Below are positions 29,641 to 41,505 of a stretch of 64,000 nucleotides of DNA, one piece after another; position 1 is the stretch's first letter; every line of letters starts with the position of its first letter. The notes below the pieces were generated by a model. It saw only the letters and a program-made list of their open reading frames with translations. It was not told the origin of the DNA and searched no databases. This DNA is from Candidatus Babelota bacterium (lineage in GTDB: Bacteria > Babelota > Babeliae > Babelales > Vermiphilaceae): contig JBMOLF010000010.1 in the NCBI GenBank assembly GCA_049325595.1, forward strand, positions 192,001 to 256,000, written 5' to 3'. A program made the translations under genes and the position numbers.

Positions 29641-31704
29641 ATGAGTAATCGGCTAGAAAAATATAGAAATATAGGTATTGCAGCACACATTGATGCTGGT
29701 AAAACGACTGTTTCCGAGCGTATTCTTTTTTATACGGGTATCTCGCATAAGATTGGTGAAGTGCACGAAGGTGCTGCTACCATGGACTGGATGGAGCAAG
29801 AGCGTGAGCGTGGTATTACCATCACTTCCGCGGCTACAACTTGCGAGTGGAAGGGGCATCACATAAATTTAATTGACACCCCGGGACACGTCGACTTTAC
29901 TATTGAAGTAGGTCGTTCTTTGCGTGTGCTTGACGGTATGGTGGCTGTTTTTAGTGGTGTTGATGGTGTTCAGCCTCAATCTGAAACGGTATGGAGACAA
30001 GCAAATAGATATCGTGTTCCTCGTATAATTTTTGTAAATAAGCTTGATCGTATTGGGGCTGATTTTCTCAAGGTTGTTGACGATATTAATACCAAGTTGG
30101 GCGCAAATGCTGTTGCTATGCAATTGCAAGTTGGTATGTCAGAAGATTTTTATGGAATAATTGATCTTCTCTCGCGTAAAATGGCTACTTTTGATGGGGA
30201 AATGGGATCTATTGTTAAATGGTCTGATGTTCCAGCAGAATTTGCCGATCGCGTTGAAGAACTGCGTACCAAAATAGTAGAAGCGGCTTGTGATGTTGAT
30301 GACAAGTTGGCTGAAAAATTCTTAAATGAAGAAGAAATTGCTGTAGAAGAAATTAAAAAAGCTCTTCGCAAGGCAGTGATTGAACGTAAGGTAGTTCCAG
30401 CATTTTGTGGAACCGCTTTTAAAAACAAGGGTGTTCAATTAATGCTTGATGGGGTAATAGACTTTCTTCCATCTCCACTTGATGTTCCGCCTGTTGCTGG
30501 TATAGACCCAGATACAAAGCTTGAGATAGAAAGACCTGCTGATGTAAATGGGCCATTTGCTGCATTAGTCTTCAAAATTATGACAGATCCTTTTGTTGGA
30601 GTGTTAAATTTTATCCGTGTTTATTCAGGAGAATTGAAGGCCGGCTCTTATGTTTATAATATGCGTACACGTAGCAAAGAGCGAATTAGTCGTCTTGTAA
30701 GAATGCACGCAAATCAACGAGAAGAAATTGGTTCGATACAAGCGGGTGATATTGCGGCAATTGTAGGCGCAAAAGACTCCATTACTGGAGATACTCTTGC
30801 TGCAGAAAATAGCCCTATATTGCTTGAATCTATTGACATTCCAGCACCAGTAATTTCAGCTTCAATAGAGCCAAAAAATAAAGCTGATTATGAAAAGATG
30901 ACATTAACATTGAAAAAGTTAATGCAAGAAGATCCTTCATTTAGATTTTCTTATAATGAAGAAACTGGCCAAACTATTATCGAAGGTATGGGTGAGCTTC
31001 ATCTTGAAATTAAAGTTGATTTATTAAAACGAGATCACAAGATAGATGTAGTCCAAGGTAAGTTGCAAGTTGCTTACAAAGAAACTGTACAAAAGCCAGT
31101 TGAGGCGGAAGGTAAATTTATTAGACAGTCTGGTGGTAGAGGTCAATACGGACACGTATGGCTTAAATTAGAACCGCTAGAAAGAGGTAAAGGCTTTGAG
31201 TTTGTAAATGCAATAGTTGGTGGTACTATCCCACGTGAATATATTCCAGCTGTTGAAAAAGGTTTGCAAGAAGCAATTCAAACCGGTATCTTAGGTGGGT
31301 ATCCTGTTGTTGATATTAAAGCAACATTATATGATGGTTCATACCATGATGTTGACTCATCTGAAATGGCCTTTAAGGTTGCTGCATCTATGGCGTTCAA
31401 AGCTGCTATGGCTAAAGCTTCTCCTGTTTTACTAGAGCCTATTATGAAGGTTGAGGTTGAGACCCCTGAAGAATACATGGGTGATGTGATGGGTGCTCTT
31501 AATTCAAAACGTGGTAGAATACTTGGAATGGAAGCTAAAGGAACGGGACAAGTTATTGCTGCTGAGGTTCCATTGGCTGAAATGTTTGGTTATGCTACTG
31601 AACTTCGCTCAATGACCAAGGGTCGTGCAAGTTATTCGATGGATTTTGAATGCTATCGCGAAGTTCCTAAAAATGTGCAAGAAGCTGTTGTAGAAAAAAA
31701 ATAA
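29641..31704 (+). CDS. fusA: elongation factor G
   Basis: [33 protein letters not shown]. Confidence 0.99.
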   Translation: MSNRLEKYRNIGIAAHIDAGKTTVSERILFYTGISHKIGEVHEGAATMDWMEQERERGITITSAATTCEWKGHHINLIDTPGHVDFTIEVGRSLRVLDGMVAVFSGVDGVQPQSETVWRQANRYRVPRIIFVNKLDRIGADFLKVVDDINTKLGANAVAMQLQVGMSEDFYGIIDLLSRKMATFDGEMGSIVKWSDVPAEFADRVEELRTKIVEAACDVDDKLAEKFLNEEEIAVEEIKKALRKAVIERKVVPAFCGTAFKNKGVQLMLDGVIDFLPSPLDVPPVAGIDPDTKLEIERPADVNGPFAALVFKIMTDPFVGVLNFIRVYSGELKAGSYVYNMRTRSKERISRLVRMHANQREEIGSIQAGDIAAIVGAKDSITGDTLAAENSPILLESIDIPAPVISASIEPKNKADYEKMTLTLKKLMQEDPSFRFSYNEETGQTIIEGMGELHLEIKVDLLKRDHKIDVVQGKLQVAYKETVQKPVEAEGKFIRQSGGRGQYGHVWLKLEPLERGKGFEFVNAIVGGTIPREYIPAVEKGLQEAIQTGILGGYPVVDIKATLYDGSYHDVDSSEMAFKVAASMAFKAAMAKASPVLLEPIMKVEVETPEEYMGDVMGALNSKRGRILGMEAKGTGQVIAAEVPLAEMFGYATELRSMTKGRASYSMDFECYREVPKNVQEAVVEKK

Positions 31705-31738
31705 ATATATATTTAATTAGTCTTTAGGAGATCACACA

Positions 31739-32929
31739 ATGTCAAGAGACGTTTTTGTGCGAAAAAAGCCCCATTTGAACGTAGGTACAATTGGGCACGT
31801 TGACCATGGTAAGACTACCTTAACTGCGGCAATTACTAAATATCTTTCTGAAAAAGGTTTAGCAAACTTCAGAGCATTTGATCAAATTGATAATGCTCCA
31901 GAAGAAAGAGAACGTGGTATTACCATTGCGATCTCACACGTTGAATATGAAACTGACAAACGTCACTATGCGCACGTAGATTGTCCTGGTCACGCTGACT
32001 ATGTAAAAAATATGATTACTGGTGCGGCACAAATGGACGGCGCAATTCTTGTGGTTTCTGCTGCAGACGGTGCTATGCCTCAAACTCGTGAGCACATTGT
32101 TTTAGCTAAAAACGTAAACGTTCCAGCTCTTGTTGTTTTCCTCAACAAGGTTGATATGGTAGATGATCCTGAAATGGTTGACATTGTTGAAGAAGAAATT
32201 AGAGATCTTCTAAACAAATATGATTTCCCTGGCGATAAAATTCCTTTTATAAGAGGATCTGCTCTTAAAGCATTAAATGGTGATAAGGGTGAGCTAGGTT
32301 ATGGCGCTATGGAAAAATTAACCGATGCGCTTGACAACTATATTCCAGAGCCAACTCGTGAAATCGATAAGCCGTTCTTGATGCCTATTGAATCTGTATT
32401 TACTATTGAAGGTCGTGGAACTGTTGCGACTGGTAGAATAGAAAGCGGTATTGTAAAAGTTGGTGAAGCAGTTGACCTTGTTGGTTTTGGTAAAAACATG
32501 AAAACTACCGTTACTGGTGTTGAAATGTTTAGAAAAACTCTTAATGAAGGTCAAGCGGGAGATAACGTTGGTCTTCTCTTGCGTGGTGTTAAGAAAGAAG
32601 AAATTGAGCGTGGTATGGTTATTGCAAAACCAGGCACAATTACTCCTCACAAAAAGTTCAAATGTAAAGTTTATATCTTAACCAAAGATGAAGGTGGTCG
32701 TCATAGCCCATTCTTTAATGGATATAAACCGCAATTCTACTTCAGAACCACCGACGTTACCGGTGTTTGCACCTTGCCAGAAGGTCGCGAGATGGTTATG
32801 CCAGGCGATAACGTTGAATTATCTGTTGAACTTATCGCGCCTATTGCAATGGACAAAGACTTACGTTTTGCTATCCGTGAAGGTGGTAGAACGGTTGGTT
32901 CCGGTGTTGTGACACAAATTATTGAGTAA
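31739..32929 (+). CDS. tuf: elongation factor Tu
   Basis: [32 protein letters not shown]. Confidence 0.99.
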   Translation: MSRDVFVRKKPHLNVGTIGHVDHGKTTLTAAITKYLSEKGLANFRAFDQIDNAPEERERGITIAISHVEYETDKRHYAHVDCPGHADYVKNMITGAAQMDGAILVVSAADGAMPQTREHIVLAKNVNVPALVVFLNKVDMVDDPEMVDIVEEEIRDLLNKYDFPGDKIPFIRGSALKALNGDKGELGYGAMEKLTDALDNYIPEPTREIDKPFLMPIESVFTIEGRGTVATGRIESGIVKVGEAVDLVGFGKNMKTTVTGVEMFRKTLNEGQAGDNVGLLLRGVKKEEIERGMVIAKPGTITPHKKFKCKVYILTKDEGGRHSPFFNGYKPQFYFRTTDVTGVCTLPEGREMVMPGDNVELSVELIAPIAMDKDLRFAIREGGRTVGSGVVTQIIE

Positions 32930-32942
32930 CTTTAGGTGATCA

Positions 32943-33248
32943 ATGAAAAAGCAAAAAATAAGACTTACCTTAAAGTCGTATGATCATCAATTGCTTGATA
33001 AGGCGGTAAAACAAATCGTCTCGACAGTTAAAAGAACAGGATCCCAATTAATGGGACCTGTTCCTTTGCCTAATAAACGTCGATGCTTTACGGTTTTAAG
33101 ATCGCCTCATATAGACAAAAAGTCTCGTGAGCAATTTGAATTGACTACGCATAGAAGAATTTTAGATATTGTTTCTCCGTCTGATCAAACAATGGATGCG
33201 CTTATGAAATTAAATATTTCCTCTGGCGTTGATGTAGAGATCAAGTAA
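32943..33248 (+). CDS. rpsJ: 30S ribosomal protein S10
   Basis: [19 protein letters not shown]. Confidence 0.99.
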   Translation: MKKQKIRLTLKSYDHQLLDKAVKQIVSTVKRTGSQLMGPVPLPNKRRCFTVLRSPHIDKKSREQFELTTHRRILDIVSPSDQTMDALMKLNISSGVDVEIK

Positions 33249-33265
33249 GACAGAAAGGTCATTCA

Positions 33266-33883
33266 GTGAGTACAAAATTTTGGGGAAAAAAAATTGGAAT
33301 GACCCAAGTTTTTTTAGGCGATAAAGTTGTACCAGTTACAGCAGTTGATCTTTCAGCATGGGTAGTTACGCAAATTAAAACTAAAGAGCGTGATGGCTAT
33401 GAGGCTGTTCAGGTTGGATGCTTGAGAGAGCGTTTTAAAAACGACTCTTTTAAAGAAGACTGGGTAAAAAAGCCAAAAAAATATTTTAGTCATTTAAAAG
33501 AGATGTCAGTAGAGAGCCAATTTGATTCCATACAAATTGGACAATTAGTAAATTTTACTCAATTAATTGAAACTGGCACAAAGGTTAATGTTGTTGGTAC
33601 GACAAAAGGTGGCGGCTTTGCCGGCGTTGTGAAAAGACATGGATTTGCAGGTGGACGAGCAAGTCACGGATCCAAAATGGGTAATAAGCCAGGATCTTCA
33701 GGCTTTTTCAGACGGCAAGGTAGAATCATTAAAGGTAAAAAATTCCCTGGACACATGGGTATGCTTACCAAAATGATGAAAGGCCTCGAAGTTATAAAGG
33801 TAGAACCTGATAATAATATCGTACTTGTTAAAGGTTCTGTTCCAGGAAAAACTGGTTCGCTTTTATGCATTAAAAAAGCGTAG
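33266..33883 (+). CDS. rplC: 50S ribosomal protein L3
   Basis: GKKIGMTQ, GFAGVVKRH, KGSVPG; GTG start. Confidence 0.98.
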   Translation: MSTKFWGKKIGMTQVFLGDKVVPVTAVDLSAWVVTQIKTKERDGYEAVQVGCLRERFKNDSFKEDWVKKPKKYFSHLKEMSVESQFDSIQIGQLVNFTQLIETGTKVNVVGTTKGGGFAGVVKRHGFAGGRASHGSKMGNKPGSSGFFRRQGRIIKGKKFPGHMGMLTKMMKGLEVIKVEPDNNIVLVKGSVPGKTGSLLCIKKA

Positions 33884-33890
33884 GTAAATC

Positions 33891-34556
33891 ATGATAAAGA
33901 AAAAAGAAACTGCTAAAACTAAAGAACAAACAACTGCTTCGGAAATTTTTGCAGTTATTCAGCCAAATGATTTAGAGGTGGCTGAAGCACTAAGAGAAAT
34001 TTCTCCTAAAGCATTTTCTACATATGTTCGCGTACTTAATCAAAATTGGCGTCAAGGTACTGTTGCTTGCAAAGATCGTTCAGAGGTTAATTTCTCAAAT
34101 AAAAAACCTTGGAAGCAAAAAGGTACTGGTCGCGCACGTGCAGGATCTCCAAGATCTCCTTTGTGGAGAAAGGGTGGTGTTGTTTTTGGCCCTCAAGAGC
34201 GAACCAGAACGTTAAAAATAAATAAAGACATCAGAAAAGGTGCATTGGTCTCTTTATTGCAAGAGCGCTTAAATCATGGCAAAATCGGCTGTCTAAATTG
34301 GGCTTTGGAAACTGAGCAACCGAAAACAGCTGTTGCATATTCAGCATTAAAAAATGCAGGTTTAAATGATAAAAATATAACACTCTTTTTATCTGCCAAT
34401 GATTTTTTAAATTATGCCTCATTTATAAACATTCCTAATGTTAGCATTCTCTTCTTTGATCAACCGAATGCTGTAGACCTTGCAGTTAACAGTCAATGGG
34501 TGTTCTTAAAGAAAGATATGGATCAATTTAAAGAAATGGTTTCACGATGGCTTTAA
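33891..34556 (+). CDS. rplD: 50S ribosomal protein L4
   Basis: KPWKQKGTGRARAGS, GGVVFGP. Confidence 0.98.
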   Translation: MIKKKETAKTKEQTTASEIFAVIQPNDLEVAEALREISPKAFSTYVRVLNQNWRQGTVACKDRSEVNFSNKKPWKQKGTGRARAGSPRSPLWRKGGVVFGPQERTRTLKINKDIRKGALVSLLQERLNHGKIGCLNWALETEQPKTAVAYSALKNAGLNDKNITLFLSANDFLNYASFINIPNVSILFFDQPNAVDLAVNSQWVFLKKDMDQFKEMVSRWL

Positions 34557-34885
34557 GTATTTATGATATTATCGTTGGTCCGGTTATTTCAGATAAAGCT
34601 TATAAATTAAATAAGTTAAATAATAAGCTTGTTCTAAAAGTCCATCCTCATGCAAATAAGCCTGCTGTAAAAGAAGCTTTGGAAAAACTATTCAATGTTA
34701 AAGTTGAAAAAATTGGTATAGTTGTTCGCAAGGGTAAAAATAAGATGTTACGCAGAGGACAAATTACAACCGGTAAATTAAGAAAAATCGCATTCATTAC
34801 CTTGAAAGAGGGTTACTCGCTTGACTTATTTAGTCAAGGTGGCAATCCAACCGTATCAGGTGAAGTTGCGCAAGAGCAAGTTTAA
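34547..34885 (+). CDS. rplW: 50S ribosomal protein L23
   Basis: PVISDKA, ANKPAVKEALEKLFNVKV; operon position. Confidence 0.96.
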   Translation: MALSIYDIIVGPVISDKAYKLNKLNNKLVLKVHPHANKPAVKEALEKLFNVKVEKIGIVVRKGKNKMLRRGQITTGKLRKIAFITLKEGYSLDLFSQGGNPTVSGEVAQEQV

Positions 34886-34909
34886 TTAATAGGAATTTAA
34901 AGGTAATCC

Positions 34910-35725
34910 ATGGCAATTGTAACCAGAAGACCTCGTAATTCATCACTGCGTTTTCAATCTTATCTGAATACCGGTGACATAACCAAGACTAAACCTGAAA
35001 AAAGTCTTGTCTATGGTTTGAAGAAAAAAGGTGGAAGAAACTCATACGGAAGAATTACAGTACGTCATCGTGGCGGTGGCGCTGTTCAAAAATACCGAAT
35101 TATTGATTTTAAGCGCTCAGAAAGAGATGTTGTTGGCAAAATAGTTGCTATTGAATATGACCCTAATAGAAACGTTCGTATTGGGTTAGTGCATTATATC
35201 AATGGTGCAAAGAAATATGTTTTAATGCCAGAAGGTCTTTCTGTGGGAAGTACTATTTTGGCTGGTGAAAGTGCTGAAGCTCGCACTGGCAATTGTCTTC
35301 CTCTTAGATTAATACCTGTTGGTTTTATGATTCATAATATTGAAATTATTCCTGGATCGGGCGGTAAAATCGCACGTAGCGCTGGAACTTCAGTTCAGCT
35401 AATGGCTAAGTCTGATGAATATGCCACATTAAAAATGCCATCCGGTGAAATTCGCATGGTTCCTCTTAATTGCTGGGCAACCATAGGTGTTCTTGGTAAT
35501 GCAGATTATCAAAACATTAATTGGGGTAAAGCGGGGCGCACTCGTTATAGAGGTATTCGTCCTACCGTGCGTGGTATGGCTATGAACCCAGTAGATCACC
35601 CACATGGTGGTGGTGAAGGTCGTTCCAAATCTGGTTCTCACCCTGTTTCTCCGTGGGGCAAAGGTTGCAAAGGAACTAAGACTAGAACTCGTAAGAGTGA
35701 TTTAATTATTAAACGTCGTAAGTAG
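34910..35725 (+). CDS. rplB: 50S ribosomal protein L2
   Basis: IEYDPNR, AMNPVDHPHGGGEG. Confidence 0.99.
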   Translation: MAIVTRRPRNSSLRFQSYLNTGDITKTKPEKSLVYGLKKKGGRNSYGRITVRHRGGGAVQKYRIIDFKRSERDVVGKIVAIEYDPNRNVRIGLVHYINGAKKYVLMPEGLSVGSTILAGESAEARTGNCLPLRLIPVGFMIHNIEIIPGSGGKIARSAGTSVQLMAKSDEYATLKMPSGEIRMVPLNCWATIGVLGNADYQNINWGKAGRTRYRGIRPTVRGMAMNPVDHPHGGGEGRSKSGSHPVSPWGKGCKGTKTRTRKSDLIIKRRK

Positions 35726-35738
35726 GATAAGGTAAACG

Positions 35739-36020
35739 ATGGCAAGATCTATTAAAAAAGGTCCATATGTTGAACCTTCATTGTTAAGCAAAATTCAAAA
35801 AGCTAAGTCTTCAGGAAAAAAAGAGGCAATCAAAACTTGGTCTCGTCGTAGCATGATTGTTCCTGAATTTGTAGGACTTACCATTGCTGTTCATAATGGC
35901 AAAAAATTTATCCCAGTTTTCATAACTGAAAATATGGTTGGCCATTATTTAGGTGAATTTGCACCAACAAGAACGTTTAGAGCCCATAGTGGACAACGAC
36001 AATCAGGGGCTGGCGAATAA
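35739..36020 (+). CDS. rpsS: 30S ribosomal protein S19
   Basis: [18 protein letters not shown]. Confidence 0.99.
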   Translation: MARSIKKGPYVEPSLLSKIQKAKSSGKKEAIKTWSRRSMIVPEFVGLTIAVHNGKKFIPVFITENMVGHYLGEFAPTRTFRAHSGQRQSGAGE

Positions 36021-36111
36021 CAAAACCAGTTGCTCATTGTCAATAAATTAGTTAAATTATAGTAATATAAACAAATTAAGCTAAACAGCTATATAATTTT
36101 TGAGGTTAAAG

Positions 36112-36459
36112 ATGCAGTTTGTTGCCAAGGCTCGCTATCTTCGATTCTCTCCGTATAAATTAAGACCTATAGTTGATGTTATACGAGGGAAAAATGTTGC
36201 GTACGCCTTACATTGGCTCGCTACATATCCGGTAAAAAGGGCTATTCCAATTACTAAAATTATTGAATCAGCCGCCGCAAATGCTAAAAATTTGCAAGGA
36301 TTAAATGCAGAAGGTCTTATAATTAAAGACATTCGTGTTGACCAAGGACCAATTGTTCGCTATTTCAAACCAGGAGCAATGGGGCGTGCAAATATTCAAA
36401 GAAAACGCTTTAGTCATATGAGTGTTATTGTTGAGCCTATTACTAGGAAAGAGGATTAG
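36112..36459 (+). CDS. rplV: 50S ribosomal protein L22
   Basis: SPYKLR, SAAANA, VDQGP, AMGRA; ATG at 36112 after GAGGT. Confidence 0.97.
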   Translation: MQFVAKARYLRFSPYKLRPIVDVIRGKNVAYALHWLATYPVKRAIPITKIIESAAANAKNLQGLNAEGLIIKDIRVDQGPIVRYFKPGAMGRANIQRKRFSHMSVIVEPITRKED

Positions 36460-36460
36460 C

Positions 36461-37093
36461 GTGGGACAAAAGGTTCATCCGAAAGGATTTAGACTCGGAG
36501 TTTATTTAGGATGGGATTCTCGTTGGTTTGCTCGAGATTCTTATGGTAAAGAACTTTTAGAGGATTTAGCAATAAGACGTTACCTTAACTCAGCTCTTGA
36601 TGAAGCTGAAGTTTCAAAAATTGAAATTGAAAAAGCTGGCGAAAGCGTGCGAATTGTTATTCATTCTGCTCGTCCAGGCATGGTTATTGGTAAAAAAGGC
36701 CAAGAAATTGAAGTTCTTAGAAACCAATTAACTACGCACCTAAAAAAGAAAAACGTAGACATTTCAGTTCAAGAAGTAAAAAATCCTGAGCTTGATGCAA
36801 CGATAGTTGCTAAAACTATAGCAGATCAATTAGTTAAACGCGTAAGTTTCAAAAAAGCAATGAAGCGTGCAGCTATTTCTGCTATGAAGTCAGGTGCTAA
36901 AGGGGTTAGAATTTCTTGCTCTGGTCGTTTAGGTGGTGCGGAAATCGCGCGTGAAGAAGAAACATTTATAGGTTCAGTTCCATTGCATACCTTAAGAGCT
37001 GATGTTGATTATGGCGTTGCTGAAGCAAAAACAACATTTGGAATTATTGGTATCAAAGTGTGGATCTATAAAGGTGAATTTCAGCATACGTGA
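36461..37093 (+). CDS. rpsC: 30S ribosomal protein S3
   Basis: GQKVHPKGFRLG, GRLGGAEIAR; GTG start at 36461 after GAGGA. Confidence 0.98.
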   Translation: MGQKVHPKGFRLGVYLGWDSRWFARDSYGKELLEDLAIRRYLNSALDEAEVSKIEIEKAGESVRIVIHSARPGMVIGKKGQEIEVLRNQLTTHLKKKNVDISVQEVKNPELDATIVAKTIADQLVKRVSFKKAMKRAAISAMKSGAKGVRISCSGRLGGAEIAREEETFIGSVPLHTLRADVDYGVAEAKTTFGIIGIKVWIYKGEFQHT

Positions 37094-37117
37094 TAATTAG
37101 CTTGAAAGAATACAATC

Positions 37118-37549
37118 ATGTTAATGCCAAAAAAAACAAAATATAGAAAATTACAAAAAGGTACCATGAAGGGCCGCTCAAAAGGAGCTCGAGAAGTTGC
37201 TTTTGGTGAGTATGGCTTAGAAGCATTGGAACCTAAATGGCTTACTGCGCAGCAGATTGAATCGATGCGTATAACCATTTCTCGTAAGTTGAAAAAAGTG
37301 GGAAGATTATTTTTAAGAGTGTTTCCCGATAAACCTGTTACCAAAAAACCAGCTGAAACACGTATGGGTAAAGGTAAAGGTAACCCTGAGTTGTGGGTGT
37401 CAGTTGTTAAGCGCGGACGAATCATTTGTGAAATAAGCGGATTGTCTGAATTGGAAGCACGTGAAGCGTTGCAAGCAGCTGCTTATAAATTGCCGTTGCG
37501 TACAAAGTTTGTAAAAAAAGATGCTCAGCAGCAAGTATCTGTTGAATAA
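37118..37549 (+). CDS. rplP: 50S ribosomal protein L16
   Basis: [20 protein letters not shown]. Confidence 0.99.
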   Translation: MLMPKKTKYRKLQKGTMKGRSKGAREVAFGEYGLEALEPKWLTAQQIESMRITISRKLKKVGRLFLRVFPDKPVTKKPAETRMGKGKGNPELWVSVVKRGRIICEISGLSELEAREALQAAAYKLPLRTKFVKKDAQQQVSVE

Positions 37550-37570
37550 TAGTGAAATGGCGAAGTTATC

Positions 37571-37780
37571 ATGAAAATAAGCAAAATAAAAGAAGAATTT
37601 GCTCAAATGTCTGTTGAGCAATTAGCAGAAAAGCTTGAGAATTTGCGAAGAGAACTTTTTAGTTTGCGCCTAAATGCATCTACCGCTCATATCAAGGATT
37701 ATTCACAATTCAAAAAAATGCGTCGCAATATTGCTCGCACTTTGACTGCTATTGGTCAAAGAATAAACCAGAATAATTAA
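37571..37780 (+). CDS. rpmC: 50S ribosomal protein L29
   Basis: ELFSLR, RRNIARTLT; operon position. Confidence 0.96.
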   Translation: MKISKIKEEFAQMSVEQLAEKLENLRRELFSLRLNASTAHIKDYSQFKKMRRNIARTLTAIGQRINQNN

Positions 37781-37803
37781 TTTGGATGACGAAAAGGTGT
37801 TCA

Positions 37804-38088
37804 ATGGCTACAGAACAAACAAATAAAAAAACCAAAGTAGGTGTTGTTGTATCAGACAAGATGGATAAAACTATCGTTGTTGAAATTGAACGTGTATATA
37901 GACACCCAGAATTCAAGCGAATTCTTAAAACAAAAAAGAAATATAAAGTTCATGATGAGCAGGATCTTGCTAAAGTAGGCGATGTTGTTGAAATCTACGA
38001 AGGTCGTCCTGTTTCTAAAACAAAATATATGTATTTGATGCGCGTAGTTAAACCATCTGCATCGGTTACTAGAAGCAGTGGAGAATAA
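37804..38088 (+). CDS. rpsQ: 30S ribosomal protein S17
   Basis: [27 protein letters not shown] at 37804 after AAGGTG. Confidence 0.98.
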   Translation: MATEQTNKKTKVGVVVSDKMDKTIVVEIERVYRHPEFKRILKTKKKYKVHDEQDLAKVGDVVEIYEGRPVSKTKYMYLMRVVKPSASVTRSSGE

Positions 38089-38090
38089 CA

Positions 38091-38456
38091 ATGGTTCAAA
38101 AACAAACAAGATTAAAAGTTGCTGACAATTCCGGTGCAAAAGAATTAATGGTTATTGAAATCATTGGGTCTACCAGAAAAAGATTTGCCTATTTGGGCGA
38201 AGAAGTAACGTGCTCAGTAAAAGAAGCAATTCCTGGCGGAGTTGTAAAAAAGAAGCAAGTGGTAAGAGCCGTTTTGGTGAGAACAGCTAAAGAATTTAAG
38301 CGAGAAGATGGAAGTTATATACGTTTTGACGATAATGCTGCCGTTATCATTAAGGATGGCGAACCAGTAGGAACGCGTATATTTGGTCCTGTAGCTCGTG
38401 AAGTAAGGGCTAAAGGTTTTTCAAAAATCATTTCATTAGCGCCTGAAGTGTTATAG
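38091..38456 (+). CDS. rplN: 50S ribosomal protein L14
   Basis: [23 protein letters not shown]. Confidence 0.99.
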   Translation: MVQKQTRLKVADNSGAKELMVIEIIGSTRKRFAYLGEEVTCSVKEAIPGGVVKKKQVVRAVLVRTAKEFKREDGSYIRFDDNAAVIIKDGEPVGTRIFGPVAREVRAKGFSKIISLAPEVL

Positions 38457-38465
38457 AGGATTTTT

Positions 38466-38780
38466 ATGATATCGCGTATTAAGAAAAATGACACAGTAGT
38501 TGTGTTAACTGGTAAAGACAAGGGCAAGACTGGAACTGTCTTAGAATTTTTGCCTACTGAAAATCAAGTCCTTGTCAAAGGCATAGGGTTGATGACTCGT
38601 CATATAAAAGCTCGCAAGCAAGGTGAAGTTTCAGGAATTAAAAAAACGGAATCCTATCTTGATGCATCAAAAGTAATGCCTCTTTGTGCTCATTGCAAAA
38701 AACCATGCCGCGTTAAAAGCAAGCTTCTTGAAAATGGACAAAAAGCGCGCATATGCACTCGTTGTAATGATGCGTTTTAA
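38466..38780 (+). CDS. rplX: 50S ribosomal protein L24
   Basis: [18 protein letters not shown] motif. Confidence 0.98.
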   Translation: MISRIKKNDTVVVLTGKDKGKTGTVLEFLPTENQVLVKGIGLMTRHIKARKQGEVSGIKKTESYLDASKVMPLCAHCKKPCRVKSKLLENGQKARICTRCNDAF

Positions 38781-38807
38781 TAACCACAGGGTTTAAGGAT
38801 TATACAC

Positions 38808-39356
38808 ATGGCAAAAGCTCGTCTTGAAGATATATATATAAATGAGATTCGTCCACAATTAAAGAACAAGCTGGGGTTGTCCAATATAATGGAAATACCT
38901 AAGATTGAAAAGATTGTGTTAAACGTTGGTGTAGGCAAAGATGCAGTAGCAGATACTAAAGTTTTTGATTCTGTTATTAAAGCATTGACACAAATTGCAG
39001 GACAATCTCCTGTTAAAACAACAGCTCGTAAGTCTATTGCAGGATTCAAGCTTCGTAAAGGCATGCCTCTTGGTGTTCGTGTTACTTTACGTAAACAAAG
39101 AATGTATGAGTTTCTTGATAGATTGATTAATTTAGCACTACCAAAAGTGCGTGATTTCCAAGGTGTCCCAACCAAATTTGATGGTCGTGGAAATTATAAT
39201 CTTGGTATAAAAGAATGGATCATTTTCCCTGAGATTTCTTATGAGATTTCAGATAAGGTTTATGGTCTTAACGTAACAATATGCACAAGTGCAAAATCAG
39301 ATGAGCATGGTTTGGAATTGTTAAAAAGTTTTGGCATGCCATTTCGTCGTGCATAA
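38808..39356 (+). CDS. rplE: 50S ribosomal protein L5
   Basis: [16 protein letters not shown]. Confidence 0.99.
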   Translation: MAKARLEDIYINEIRPQLKNKLGLSNIMEIPKIEKIVLNVGVGKDAVADTKVFDSVIKALTQIAGQSPVKTTARKSIAGFKLRKGMPLGVRVTLRKQRMYEFLDRLINLALPKVRDFQGVPTKFDGRGNYNLGIKEWIIFPEISYEISDKVYGLNVTICTSAKSDEHGLELLKSFGMPFRRA

Positions 39357-39382
39357 CGAATTTAAGAATTAAGGAAATCAGA

Positions 39383-39568
39383 ATGGCCAGAAAGGCGTTA
39401 ATAGAAAAATCAAATAGAACACCTAAGTTTCCAGTAAGAGCAAAAAATCGCTGCAAACTATGCGGTAGACCACGTGGTTACTTAAGAATTTTCATGATGT
39501 GTCGACTATGTTTTAGAAAATTAGCTCTCCAGGGAATGCTTCCTGGTGTCAAAAAAACAAGTTGGTAA
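39383..39568 (+). CDS. rpsZ: 30S ribosomal protein S14, short zinc-binding type
   Basis: 61 aa; CKLCGR...CRLCFR; C-terminal SW. Confidence 0.97.
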   Translation: MARKALIEKSNRTPKFPVRAKNRCKLCGRPRGYLRIFMMCRLCFRKLALQGMLPGVKKTSW

Positions 39569-39590
39569 TTTTGGGACTGGAAGGATTTAC

Positions 39591-39986
39591 ATGTCAGTTG
39601 ATGCAATTGGTAATTTTTTAACCATAATAAGAAATGGTGTAATGGCCTCAAAGCCTTGGGTTGTTGCGCCGTATTCAAAAATAAAATTTGATATAGCTAC
39701 AATTCTTAAAGATGAAGGCTTTATCAAAGATGTAGTTGTTCTTGAAAATGATTCGGTAAAAAAAGAAATTAAAATATTTCTTAAGTATATGAATGGCGAA
39801 TCAGTAATTCATGAAATTAAACGTATTAGCACCCCTGGAAGAAGAGATTATGTTGGTTCAAAAGCAATAAAACCAGTAATTGGTGGCTTAGGGCTTTCAA
39901 TATTAACTACAAGCAGTGGGGTTATTTCTAATCGTAAAGCAAAAGAATTAGGCGTTGGCGGAGAAGTTCTTTGCACTGTCTGGTAA
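39591..39986 (+). CDS. rpsH: 30S ribosomal protein S8
   Basis: DAIGNFLTIIRN, STPGRR, GGEVLCTVW; ATG at 39591. Confidence 0.98.
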   Translation: MSVDAIGNFLTIIRNGVMASKPWVVAPYSKIKFDIATILKDEGFIKDVVVLENDSVKKEIKIFLKYMNGESVIHEIKRISTPGRRDYVGSKAIKPVIGGLGLSILTTSSGVISNRKAKELGVGGEVLCTVW

Positions 39987-40001
39987 GATTAAAGGTTAGC
40001 T

Positions 40002-40556
40002 ATGTCAAAAATTGGAAGAAAACCTATTGATATCAATGGTGTTCAGATAGATATCAAAGGACAAGAAATACACTATAAAGGCAAGAAAGCTTCTGGTATT
40101 CACGTGTTGCCAGAATTTTTAAAGGCTGAAGTTAAAGATAATGCGTTGGTGATTACCACAAAAGGCGCACGTAAAGGTTTAAGCACCCGCGAAGTTAATA
40201 GAGAATGGGGCTTAAATAGAGCTTTATTATATAATAAGATTAAAGGATCTCAAGCTGAATTTGAGCGACAAGTTCAAATAACTGGTCTTGGTTTTAAGGC
40301 GGCTGTTGCTGGGTCTAAAGTTGTTTTCTCTCTTGGTTATAGTCATAAGATAGATTTTGATCTTCCGCAGGGAGTTACATTAGAGGTAGATAAATCTGGC
40401 CAAAAATTAGTCTTCAAGTCAGCAGATAAAGAACTTGTAGGACAAGTTTGTAGCAAAGTTAGATCATTGCGAGCACCAGAACCTTATAAGGGAACAGGTA
40501 TTCGCGTTGGTGATGAAGTAATTGTTCGTAAAGCAGGTAAAACAAAAGCTGCATAG
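40002..40556 (+). CDS. rplF: 50S ribosomal protein L6
   Basis: MSKIGRKPI, LGYSH, PEPYKGTG. Confidence 0.99.
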   Translation: MSKIGRKPIDINGVQIDIKGQEIHYKGKKASGIHVLPEFLKAEVKDNALVITTKGARKGLSTREVNREWGLNRALLYNKIKGSQAEFERQVQITGLGFKAAVAGSKVVFSLGYSHKIDFDLPQGVTLEVDKSGQKLVFKSADKELVGQVCSKVRSLRAPEPYKGTGIRVGDEVIVRKAGKTKAA

Positions 40557-40584
40557 TTAGCTTAGAAATATTAGGTAGCAAAAA

Positions 40585-40950
40585 ATGAGCTTGATTAAAA
40601 AAAATGAATCAAGAAAACATCGCAGAGAGTTGCGCGTAAGAAGTCGTTTAAAGGCTGTTGCTACGCATCCGCGCGTATCGGTTTTTAAAAGTTTAAATCA
40701 TATTTATGCTCAAATAATCGATGATGCAGCGCATACAACGATTTTGAGCTGTTCTTCTATTGAATTAGAGAAAGCTAATAAAGCAACTGGTGACAAGAAG
40801 GCTGTTGCCAAAGCAGTAGGAATTGAATTGGCAAAAAAAGCGCAAGAACGTGGAATACAGCAAGTTGTATTTGACCGTGGATGTTTTTTATATCATGGTA
40901 GAGTGAAAGCTCTAGCTGAAGGATTGCGTGACGGCGGATTACAAGTTTGA
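40585..40950 (+). CDS. rplR: 50S ribosomal protein L18
   Basis: [13 protein letters not shown]...YHGRVKALA. Confidence 0.99.
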   Translation: MSLIKKNESRKHRRELRVRSRLKAVATHPRVSVFKSLNHIYAQIIDDAAHTTILSCSSIELEKANKATGDKKAVAKAVGIELAKKAQERGIQQVVFDRGCFLYHGRVKALAEGLRDGGLQV

Positions 40951-40971
40951 TCTTTATAGCTGGGATATACA

Positions 40972-41505
40972 ATGACTGAAAATAAAAATGATATGAAAAA
41001 AAAGTCCTCTAATTTTGTAGATTTCGTAGTCCATGTTGGACGTGTAACTACCGTAACTAAAGGTGGTAAACGTTTTTCATTCTCCGCTTTAGTAGTTTCG
41101 GGTGACCAACAAGGTAACGTTGGAATTGGACTTGGTAAAAGTAAAGAAGTTGCACTTGCTATTGCAAAAGCAACTAACCAAGCAAGAAAAAATTTAATTC
41201 CAGTTACTATTCGTGGTACAACTGTTCCTTACAACGTATTAGGAAAACACGGTTCAAGCCATGTAGTAATCAGACCTGCATATCGTGGTACTGGTGTAAT
41301 TGCTGGTGGTGCAGTAAGAGCTGTTATGGAAGCTGCTGGAATTAAAGATGTTTTAACCAAATCAATTGGTTCATCTAACCGACAAAACGTTGTTAAAGCA
41401 ACCTTAAATGCTTTAGCAAAACTTCGTTCTGCAAATGACTTGGCAAAATTACGTGGTAAAACTGTAGAAGAATTGGTTGGAGGCAGAAAACATGTTAGTG
41501 CTTAA
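40972..41505 (+). CDS. rpsE: 30S ribosomal protein S5
   Basis: [23 protein letters not shown]. Confidence 0.99.
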   Translation: MTENKNDMKKKSSNFVDFVVHVGRVTTVTKGGKRFSFSALVVSGDQQGNVGIGLGKSKEVALAIAKATNQARKNLIPVTIRGTTVPYNVLGKHGSSHVVIRPAYRGTGVIAGGAVRAVMEAAGIKDVLTKSIGSSNRQNVVKATLNALAKLRSANDLAKLRGKTVEELVGGRKHVSA

